A program made the translations under genes and the position numbers. 64,000 nt of DNA from contig CM060734.1 of the NCBI GenBank assembly GCA_030704615.1, forward strand, positions 63,240,001 through 63,304,000, given 5' to 3'. Positions 50,298-61,039 of the stretch are shown in pieces (the stretch's first letter is position 1; each line of letters opens with the position of its first letter). Below the pieces are notes generated by a model. The model did no database searches and was not told the origin of the DNA. It saw only the letters and a list, made by a program, of their open reading frames with translations. The DNA comes from Takakia lepidozioides. Taxonomy: Eukaryota; Plantae; Bryophyta.

Positions 50298-53200
50298 TCA
50301 CCAGTAATCCCCACAAGAACAAATCCCATCTTCAAAGTGGTGAAAGCAATTAGCGTCCCGTACAACAATTGCTCAGCCAACAATCTTTGAGATGAACTTC
50401 GTGGCACTGTGGCAGTCACCACACACCCGAAGATTCTTGATGAGATGGAGAGACGTCCCAGGGACGGTGCTGATCAGCCCAAAGGCAATGGCCAGCCTCT
50501 CACTGTGGTGGCAGAGAGAAAATTTCTTATGCTCCTCCCCCACATCATGCAATACAAAGCGCGTGTCAGGCACATACCCTGCCTCCTTCATCTGCCCTGA
50601 CAATCTTCTCGGCTCAGCAAGGATTTTCTCAATTTTAGGATGCAATTTGTCATCGACAACAAAGGTGTGCACCCTGTTGCTGACCTCAATGCAGCAGCGA
50701 CCTGGCTCCTTTCTAACCCCTCTGACCTTCATCATTTCTCTCACCTTTGCAGTATCATCCCACCTGCCAGCTGCCACATAGATGTTTGATAGCAACACAT
50801 AAGTCGCGGCATCCTGTTCATCCCACTTGAGAATAGATGTTGCTGCACGTTCAGCCATCTCCACATTACAGTGAATTCTGCAGGCACCAAGCAAGGCACT
50901 CCACACCACATCATTTGGTGTCATTGGCATTTTGCTAATGAAGTCCTCTGCCTCATCCAATCGCCCCGCACGGCCAAGAAGGTCCACCATGCAGCCAAAG
51001 TGCTCCATTGCTGGAGTGATGCCATGTTCTTGACTCAGGGAATCAAAGTAGTATTTGCCTTCATCCACTAGGCCAGCATGGCTACAGGCAGAGAGAACAC
51101 ATATAAAAGTGATACCGTCCATCTTCAAGCATTCCACTTGCATTTCTTTGAGTAGTTGCAGCACCTCCATATCACAACCATGCTGGGCATATCCTGCAAT
51201 CATCGCATTCCACGACACCACACCTCATTCAGCCATATTGTGAAACACTACCTTTGCATCTTCGATGCTCCCGCCTTTGGCATACATGTCCATCAGGGCA
51301 GTGTTCAGAATGACATCTGATGCAATTCCAGCTTTGATGATGTCGCCATGGACCTCTTTGCCCTTTCCCAGGGCTGCCAGGCTTGCACACGCATTGCACA
51401 CACAAACAAACGTGACCCCATTGGGCTTCACCCCTTCCCGCATCATTTGCTCATAGGCCTCCAAAGCCTGCATTCCACACCCATTCTGGGCATATCCTGC
51501 AATCATTGCATTCCAGGACACCACATTTCGGTCAGGCATATTGACGAATACTCCCTTTGCATCCTCGATGCTCCCGCATTTGGCATACATGTCAACCAGG
51601 GCAGTGTTCAGAATGACATCTGGTGCAATTCCAGCTTTGATGATGTCAGAATGGACCTCTTTACCCTTTTCCAGGGCTGCGAGGCTTGCACATGCATTGC
51701 AAACACAGACAAAAGTGATCCGGTTGGGCTTCACACCTTCCTGCATCATTTGCTCATAGGTCTCCAATGCCTCCATCCCACACCCATGCTGGACATATCC
51801 TGCGATCAATGAATTCCAGCACACCACATCTCATTCCATCATGTTGTTGAACACTCTCTTGGCATCTTCAATGCTCCCACTTTTGGCATACATGTCCATG
51901 AGGGCACTGTTCAGAATGAATCTGGTACAATTCCAGCTTTGATGATGTCGCCATGGACCTCTTTGCCCTTTTCCAGGGCTGCCCGGTTTGCATGCACATT
52001 GCAAACGCAGATGAATGTTACACGGTCTGGCTTCACCCCTTCCCGCATCATCCTCTCATAGGTCTCCAAAGCCTCTATCCCACACCCTTGCTGAGCATAC
52101 CCTGCGATCATCACATTCCAGGACACTATATCTCGTTGGGGCATATTGTCGAACACTCCTTTGCATCTTCAATGCTCCCGCATTTGGCATACATGTCCAC
52201 AAGGGTACTGTTCAGAATGACATCTGGTGCCATTGCAGCTTTGATAATGTCACCATGGACCTCTTTGCCCTTTTCCAGGTCTTCCAAGCTCGCACATGCA
52301 TTGCAAACGCTTACAAATGTGACCCGGTTGGGCTTCACCCCTTCCTGCATCATTTGTGCATAGGTCTCCAAAGCCTCCATCCCGCACCCATGCTGGGCAT
52401 ATCCTGCAATCATCGCATTCCAGGACACCATATCTCTTTGGACCATATTGTCGAACACTCCCTTTGCATCCTTGATGCTCCCACATTTGGCGTACATGTT
52501 CATCAGGGCAGTGTTCAGAATGACATCTGGTACAGTTCCAGCTTTGATGATCGCCATGGACCTGTTTACCCTTTTCCAGGGCTGCCAGGTTCGCACATGC
52601 ATTGCAAACGCAGATGAACGTTACACGGTCTGGCTTCACCCCTTCCCGCATCATCTGCTCATAGGTCTCCAAAGCCTCCATATCCTGCGATCATTGCATT
52701 CCAGGACACCATATCTCGTCGGGCCATATTGCTGAGTACTCCCTTTGCATCCTTGATGCTCCCACATTTCGCATACATGTTCATCAGGGCAGTGTTAGAA
52801 CAACATCTGGTACAATTCCAGCTTTGATGATGTCGCCATGGACCTGTTTGCCCTTTTCCAGGGCTGCCAGGCTCGCACATGCATTGCAAACGCAAACAAA
52901 GGTGATGTGGTTGGGCTTCACCCCTTCCCGCATCATTTGCTCATATGTCTCCAAGGCATTCTTACCACAGCCATGCTTGGTAAATCCTGCCATCATTATA
53001 TTCCACATGATCAAACCACGTTCAGGCATTTTGTTGAACACTTGTTGGGCCTCCACAATGCTCCCGCATTTAACATACATATTGACAAGGGTGTTGTGTA
53101 GAAAAACATTTGGCTTGAATCCACTTTGGATAATGTGAGCGCGCACCTGCTTTCCGGCTTCCAGGACTTTCATCTTGATGCACTTATGCAAGAGACAGAC

Positions 53201-55900
53201 ATAAGTATCAGAATCTGCTGAAATGCCTCCTTGCCTCAGAATCTGTAGAGCCTCCTTCAGTTGCCCTGCATCACATAGCATCCTCACATGCCCAGAAGAG
53301 GTGTTGTGGACTCCCTCTCTTGGTCCTCCTTTGGAGACTGTGGTCATGGTGGAGGTGCCTGATTTTTTCAACTGTGCCACTGCTACTGCTTCCAGCTGAC
53401 TATCCACCCATGCAGGTTTCTTGTAGCTATCAATCCACAGGGAATCATAGGTACGCTTGTGCTTGAAATCTGGCCCTCTTGGATGAATCTGGATACACCC
53501 TCCATCCCTGCTCCTTCAGCTATCCCTGCCTCGGCAGCAATACTGCTGCTAGCAGCTGACAGTGACAGCCTAATTTTTATCTAGCAAACACCCCGACCCT
53601 ACTTATCAAACACTAGTTCCTATCCTGAATTGATCCCAAGACATCACAAAATGCTGGGGAGGGAGAGAGAATGACAATTGACAAAGAAAGCTTTGTGATG
53701 AATCTTGTTGTCTGCCTCTGCTTGTAATCTAACAGGCATTCACCTTTTTGCCTGGATTGTCCCACCATTGACTGGGGTCAGAGAAACATTCCTTCCAAAG
53801 CTTCTCTTTGTCTCTGTTTTCAGTTATTGGATATTTGCCTGTTGCCAGTGGCAGTAAAATGTCAAAATCACTCCAAACCACCATAGGTCTTCTGTTTTTT
53901 GTTTGTTGCCAAATTGGCAGTAACATGTCAAGATCACTCCGAACCACCATAGATCCACCCGACAAGCTAACATGCAGAACTGAACATGACAAATTAGGGA
54001 CGAATCTGATAAGAGGACAAAACAGGCTGAAACGTGTTGAAGAAGAAATTGCCCTTACCACATTGTCCTTGACCTCGTGTCATGAAAGCACCTAGCTTTT
54101 CTTGCACCCAAGGAGGATTCAACCAACCATCAACCCAAAGGACTTCTTGTTTGCGTTGCTTGTGTCTGTAGTCAGGTGATCTCGGATTGGTCTGTGAGAA
54201 CCACCACAGTGCAGCTGAATAGATTTAAACAAGGCCTCCTAAGACCACGCTGATCCTCCCGATTCAACCAACCATCAACCCAAAGGACTTCTTGTTTGCG
54301 TTGCTTGTGTCTGTAGTCAGGTGATCTCGGATTGGTCTGTGAGAACCACCACAGTGCAGCTGAGTAGATTTAAACAAGGCCTCCTAAGACCACGCTGATC
54401 CTCCCGATTCAACCAACCATCAACCCAAAGGACTTCTTGTTTGCGTTGCTTGTGTCTGTAGTCAGGTGATCTCGGATTGGTCTGTGAGAACCACCACAGT
54501 GCAGCTGAATAGATTTAAACAAGGCCTCCTAAGACCACCCTGATCCTCCCGAGTACCTTGTAAACACCAGAAAAAGAACAAATCATGATACTGACAGGAA
54601 TAGCCCACTTCTGTAGAATGAACAAACTTCTTCACATTGTATATTAAGAAAGCCACACCTTGCCATCCCACCATTGTGAAGGATCTTTTAAAAACTCATG
54701 CCAACGCTGCTCCATGCTCCAAGGTAGACCTTCGTGTCCGAAACTCCGACGGTATCAACAATTTGACCAGTTCCTTTTACGGAGGAGTGCCAGTGAGCTT
54801 TCAACAACATTTGTGCAAGTGACTGTGGGCACGATTGGACTCTACACAATGAGGAACATACCAACACGTCTGAACTTACACAGATGCTAAACAAGCTTGT
54901 GCATGACAGGCTGCCCCTCTAATCAGGTCACTGTGAGTCATACTCACTTTCATCTGCAAGCTTCGAAGGAGCTCCACCATCTACACCAGAATCAGCACCG
55001 CACTCTGATATCTCTCCACCATCACCAGACTGTTCTTGTGGCATGGCAATTAATTTTTCTTTCACCCAAGGAAGATTGAACCGACCCTCAATGCACATGC
55101 CCTCTTGTGTGCCCTGCTTCCGTCTGTAGTCTGGAGATTTTGGAGTGGTCTGTGAAAACGACCAGGGAGCAGCTGAGCAGCCACAGTCTCATCCCCTCCC
55201 AAGCACCATGCAGACTCCAGGGGAAAGACCTTCTGCATCCTACTTTCATTCCCATCTTACGAAGAACAACCTATGACACTGAGAGTAAAAGCAGTTTATG
55301 CAGAGAAAAGCGATTCTAACTTCAATCAACAACTAGGTGTACAATCGAGTCCACACAATATGATCATAGCAGACTTCCTTAGAAAGCTCACCTTGTCAAC
55401 GCTGCAGTCCCACCATTGTGAAGGATCTATAAAGAACTCCTCCCAGCGCTGTTCCATGCTCCAGCGTTGACCTACGTGCCCGAAATCCCAGTTATCGGCC
55501 TTGTCTTACTATCCCGTGTGCTATCTTGCTTCTTTGCCCATGCTGTTGAATTGCTCAGAAGAGCCTGGATCCTACGGCGCATACAACACAGCGACCCCAA
55601 AAGGGAAGCGGCACAGTGTTTCGGGTTGTCACCTAATTTGAATTGCATCCCTGAAGGTTGACGAGGCGCCATATCCACCACATGCAAGGAATTCCGTCCT
55701 CTCCGCATTGCTAATGGGGATGCGGCTCCACAGTGCATGACGCGAAGCCTCTGGCATTACCGGAACGAAAGGACAGGGCCTTGGATATGGGGTCGGCCAT
55801 GGAGGCATAGGATGTGCTGAGGGATGACGCCTGCTTTGAGGTAGCTACACACGATGGCAGCACCACCCTCTTTCTCCACACCACCCCATCATCACGCATT
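50298..55900 (-). pseudogene. PDF-motif/PLS-PPR-DYW pseudogene (copy C, three PDF motifs, 8 PLS triplets)
   Basis: Same exon layout as copy D (e.g. 55471-55392 QRWEEFFIDPSQWWDCSVDK; 55149-54948 TTPKSPDYRRK...PWVKEKL; last exon IHPRGPDFKHKRTYDSLWIDSYKKPAWVDSQL running into the PPR array). Several frameshifts and TGA stops (51831, 51225, 50373). Confidence 0.92.
54116..54550. repeat. Three near-identical tandem 145-bp copies covering an acceptor site and a PDF half-exon of copy C
   Basis: GATTCAACCAACCATC... starts at 54116, 54261 and 54406. Confidence 0.95.
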
Positions 55901-56539
55901 GCAGACTTTACCAAACATTCCAGATGCCTGTGAGATGAAATCCCGGAACAATTTTCCAAATTCCGGGATATGTACAGTCTCGTAGCTAATTGTTAGGACC
56001 GGCTTGTGATTGTCGTCCCCCTCGTCTCTCGTGAATCACTCGTCTCCCGCCGCTTGCCTTGTTTCTTCAACAATTGTAAGTTAATTTATGGGCACGCTTC
56101 AAGTCACGAGATTGATGAGCGCCACTTGTGAATTTCGACGGATTCATGGCTGTGGCATGCAATCTTGGAAGCCTCTGCCTTCCTTCCACCTCTCTCCTTC
56201 CCTCATCCCTCCAGTAAGAGGCTCTGTGTGGCCATGTTCCCCACTACCTTATGCTCTGTACCGTCAACTCCTCGATTTCTCCCCTTCCTCTCTGCTTCGC
56301 CCTCGCCGGCATTCCTTTTTTCTAGCTGTGGCTCTCCGTGAAGTGAGATTTCTGTGGGTCCGTCTCTGACGGCTTGATCAAAGCCTCTGATTTTGTGTGG
56401 GTTTATGTGCGCCTTATGGCCTATTCAAGGAATGAATATCAGCAGAGCTTTCTGCGCCCTCTGGTGTTCAGTGTTGGCTTGCTCTCTGGCTCTAGGGTGT
56501 GAACTCTTTCTCCACTTACGATTGCAAGTAGACGCGTGG

Positions 56540-59500
56540 ATGGCAGCGTCGTCCGGTGTTCTCCTGACCGCGCATGCCGACTCTTCTAGACCCAAGGCCC
56601 TGTCCACCCGCTTCGGTTATGAGGGAAGCGTCGCGTCATGCAGCGGGTTGTGTGGCTGGGCTGTGGAGCTGAAAGCATGCCCCTTAGCAATGCGCAGAGG
56701 ACGGCATCCCTTGCATGTAGTTGCTGTGGTGCCTCGGCAACCTTCAGGGATGCCTTTCAAATCAGGTGATAACACGAAACACTTCGCGATTTCCCATCTT
56801 GGTTCGCTAAGTTGTGTTGTATGCGCCGAAGTATCCAGGCTTGAATTGTCTTTTGAGCAATTCAGCAGAAACAGTACTCTGGGCTAAGAAGCAAGAAAGC
56901 GCAAGGGATAGTTAGACAAGGCCGATAATTGGTGTATTTCCCACGTAGGTCAACGCTGGAGCATGGACCAGCGCTGGCAGGAGTTCTGTAAAGATCCTTC
57001 ACAATGGTGGGACTCCAGCGTTGACAAGGTGAGCTTTCTTCATTTAGGACGTGAAGGAGTCTTAGGGAGTTGGACTGAACTCTGGTATGATCATATAGTG
57101 TGGACTGGATTGTGCCCCTAGTTGTTGAGTGAAGTTGGAATCTTGCTTTGTTCCGCTAATATTGCTTTTAATCTCAATATCATATGTTGTTTTCCTAAGG
57201 TGGGAATGGAAGTAGGATGTGCAAGGTCTGTCCTGGAGTTTACTTGGGCGGGTTGAGACTGTCTCTGCTCATCTGCTCCTCATCGTTTCCTCAGACCACT
57301 CCAGAATCTCTAGACTACAGACATAAGCAAGGCACACAAGGGGGCGTGGGCATTGATGGTTCGTTCAATCCTCCTTGGATGAAAGAAAATTTAATTGCCA
57401 TGCCACAAGATCAAGAACAGTCTGGTGATGGTGGAAAGATATCAGAGTGCGGTTCTGATTCTGGTGTAGATGGTGGAGCTCCTTCGAAGCTTGTAGATGA
57501 AAGTGAGTATGCCTCACAGTGACCTCATTAGAGGGCAGCCTTGTCATGCACAAGCTTGTTTAGCATCTGTGTGTCAATGTATGGATGGAGATATCAACAT
57601 ATATGTTAGTACTGTTGGTAACATCAATTACATGTTCATGAAAGTATGTTGAAAGCTACACTAGCACTCCTCCATGAAGGAACTGGTCAAATTGTTGATA
57701 CTGTCGGAGTTTCGGTCTCAAAGGTCTACATTGGAGCATGGAGCAGCGCTGGCATGAGTTTTTAAAAGATCCTTCACAATGGTGGGACAACCGCAATGGC
57801 AAGGTGTGGCTTTCTTAATATACAGTGTGAGGAAGTTTGTTCATTCTACAAAAGTGGGCTATTCCTGTCAGTATCATGATTTGTTCTTTTTCTGGTGTTT
57901 ACAAGGTACTCGGGAGGATCAGCTTGGTCTTAGGAGGCCTTGTTTAAATCTATTCAGCTGCACTGTGGTGGTTCTCACAGACCAATCCGAGATCACCTGA
58001 CTACAGACACAAGCAACGCAAACAAGAAGTCCTTTGGGTTGATGGTTGGTTGAATCCTCCTTGGGTGGAAGAAAAGCTAGGTGCTTTCATGACAAGAGGT
58101 CAGGGACAATGTGGTAAGGGTAATTTCTTCTTCAACACGTTTCAGCCTGTTTTGTCCTCTTATCAGATTCGTCCCTAATTTGTCATGCTCAGTTCTGCAT
58201 GTTAGCTTGTCAGGTGGATCTATGGTGGTTCGGAGTGATCTTGACATGTTACTGCCAATGTGGCAACAAACAAAAAACAGAGGACCTATGGTGGTTTGGA
58301 GTGATTTTGACATTTTACTGCCACTGGCAACAGGCAAATATCCAATAACTGAAAACAGAGACAAAGAGAAGCTTTGGAAGGAATGTTTCTCTGACCCCAG
58401 TCAATGGTGGGACAATCCAGGCAAAAAGGTGAATGCCTGTTAGATTACAGAGAGAAGCAGGCAACAAGGTGCATTGCAAAGCTTTCTTGGGACATTGTCA
58501 TCCTCTCTCTCTCCCCAGCACATTTTGAAAGTCTTGGGAGTAATTCTGCATAGGAACTAGTCTGTGATAAGTAGAGTTGGGGTGTTTACTAGAAAACATC
58601 TAGGCTGTCAAGGGGAGGATCTATGCATTATTGCTGCTAAGGCAGGGATAGCTGAAGGAGGAGGAATGGAGTGTGCGTCCAGATTCTGGAAGCAGCAGCA
58701 GTGGCACAGTTGATGAAATCAGGCACCTCCACCATGACCACAGCTTCCAAAATAGGACCAAGAGAGGGAATCCGTAGTACCTCTTCTGGTAGTTCTGGGC
58801 GTGTGAGGATGCTATGTAAGGCAGGACAACTGAAAAAGGCTCTACAGATGTTAAACCAAGGAGGCTTTTCAGCAGATTCAAATACTTATGTCTGTCTCTT
58901 GCTTACGTGCATCAAGATGAGAAGCCTGGAAGGCGGAAAGCAGGTGCACGCTCACATTATCCAGGGCGGATGCAAACCAAACATTTTTCTTCACAACACC
59001 CTTGTCGACATGTATGTTAAATGTGGGAGCATTGTGGATGCACACCAACTGTTCAACAAAATGCCTGAACGCCGGTTGATCACATGGAATATTATGATGG
59101 CAGGATTTAACAGGCATGGGTGTGGTAAGAATGCCTTGGAGACGTATGAGCAAATGATAGGGGAAGGTGTGGAGCCCGACCACATCACGTTTGTTTGTGT
59201 TTGCAATGCATGTGCGAACTTGGCAGACTTGGAAAAGGGCAAAGAGGTCCATGGTGACATCATCAAAGCTGGACTTATACCAGATGTCATTCTGAACACT
59301 GCCCTGATAAAAATGTATGCCAAATGCGGGCACATCGACAATGCAAAGGGAGTGTTTGACAATATGGGCAAACGAGATGTGGTGTCCTGGAACGCAATGA
59401 TCACAGGATATGCCCAGCGTGGGTGCGGGATGCAGGCTTTGGAGACCTATGGGCAAATGATGCTGGAAGGGTTGAAGCCTAACCGTGTCACGTTTGTTTG

Positions 59501-60605
59501 TGTTTGCAATGCGTGTGCGAGCCTGGCAGCCTTGCAAAAGGGTAAAGAGGTCCATGGCGACATCATCAAAGCGGGAATTGTACCAGATATCATTCTGAAT
59601 ACTGCCCTGGTGGACATGTATGCCAAGTGCGGCAGCATCGAATATGCAAAGCGAGTGTTCGACAACATGGCTGAACGAGATGTGCTGTCATGGACCGCAA
59701 TGATCGCAGGATATGCCCAACATGGTTGTCATAGGGAGGCCCTGCAACTATTTCAAGGAATGCAGAAGGAAGGCTTGAAGCCGGACAGTATCACCTTTAC
59801 ATGTGTTCTCACTGCATGCAGCCATGTTGGCCTACTGGATGAAGGAAGACGCTACTTTGATTTCCTGAGTCAATATTATGGTGTCACTCCGACAGTGAAG
59901 CACTTTGGCTGCATGGTGGACCTTCTTGGACGGGCGGGGCATTTGGATGAGGCAGAGGACCTCATTAGTAAAATGCCAATCAAACCAGATGCTGTGGTGT
60001 GGAAGGCCTTGCTTGGTGCCTGCAGAGTACATGGCAATGTGGAGATGGCTGAACGTGCGGCAACATCTATTCTCAAGTTGGATGAACAGGATGTCGTGAC
60101 TTATGTGTTGCTGTCAAACATCTATGCCGCAGCTGGCAGGTGGGACGATAGTGCAAAGGTGAGAAAAATGATGAAGGTCAGAGGGGTTAGAAAGGAGCCA
60201 GGTCGCTGCTGCATTGAGATTGGCAACAAGGTGCACACCTTTGTTGTAGATGACAAATTGCATCCCAAAATTGAGGAAATCCAAGCTGAGCTGAGAAGAT
60301 TGTCTGGGCAGATGAAGGAGGCAGGGTATGTGCCTGACACGCGATTTGTGTTGCATGATGTGGGGGAGAAGCAAAAGGAATTTTCTCTTTGCCACCACAG
60401 TGAGAAGCTGGCCATTGCTTTTGGGCTGATCAGCACGGCCCCTGGGATGCCTCTCCGTGTCATCAAGAATCTTCGGGTGTGTGGTGACTGCCACACAGCC
60501 ACCAAGTTCATCTCAAAGATTGTTGACCGTGCAATTGTAGTACGGGATGCTAACCGCTTTCACCACTTTAAAGATGGGGTTTGTTCTTGTGGGGATTACT
60601 GGTGA
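56540..60605 (+). CDS. Intact 7-exon gene: transit peptide, 2.5 OSB-type PDF motifs, PLS PPR array (12 motifs), E1/E2 and DYW deaminase (copy D, ~914 aa)
   Basis: Exons 56540-56765, 56949-57028, 57295-57502, 57724-57803, 57981-58113, 58334-58428, 58683-60605. All GT-AG, phases 1,0,1,0,1,0, total 2745 nt with no internal stop. HSE, CGDC and terminal DYW intact. In-frame ATGs further upstream (56405 etc.) are possible alternative starts. Confidence 0.85.
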
Positions 60606-61039
60606 CGATGTTTTCCTGGAAAGGTGCAAGTCTGGAAAGGTGCAAGTCTGTTGCTTCGTTCATGATCTGTACAGCTATTTTGTTCATCGACCGTTGATCC
60701 TGAGAATATTGGCCATGATGTACTGTTGAGGCATCTCCACTGGCATATCAAGCTTCCAAGAGCCCATAGTGGGGTCTATCCATCATATGTGGAAAGTCAG
60801 CCCATAATTGCACTTGACTGGAGCAGATGAGTGAAGCAGGGGTTTAAATTGACTCTGGTGAGAGCAGAAGGAATTCAGAGTGCTGTTCTGATTGTGGTGT
60901 GGAAGGTGGGGCTTCTTTGAAGCTTGAAGATGAAATTGAATACAATTTGGATGAGATTCGAGGGGCAGCCTTGTGCACAAGTTGGTTCAGCATCTTCATT
61001 TTGGACTCTTAAGAGAAATCCGAACCCGAGACATACCAC

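Noticed and set aside
50298-53407. Stops in PPR copies repaired by U-to-C editing
   Set aside because: These are nuclear genes that also carry frameshifts; CpG decay explains the TGA codons.
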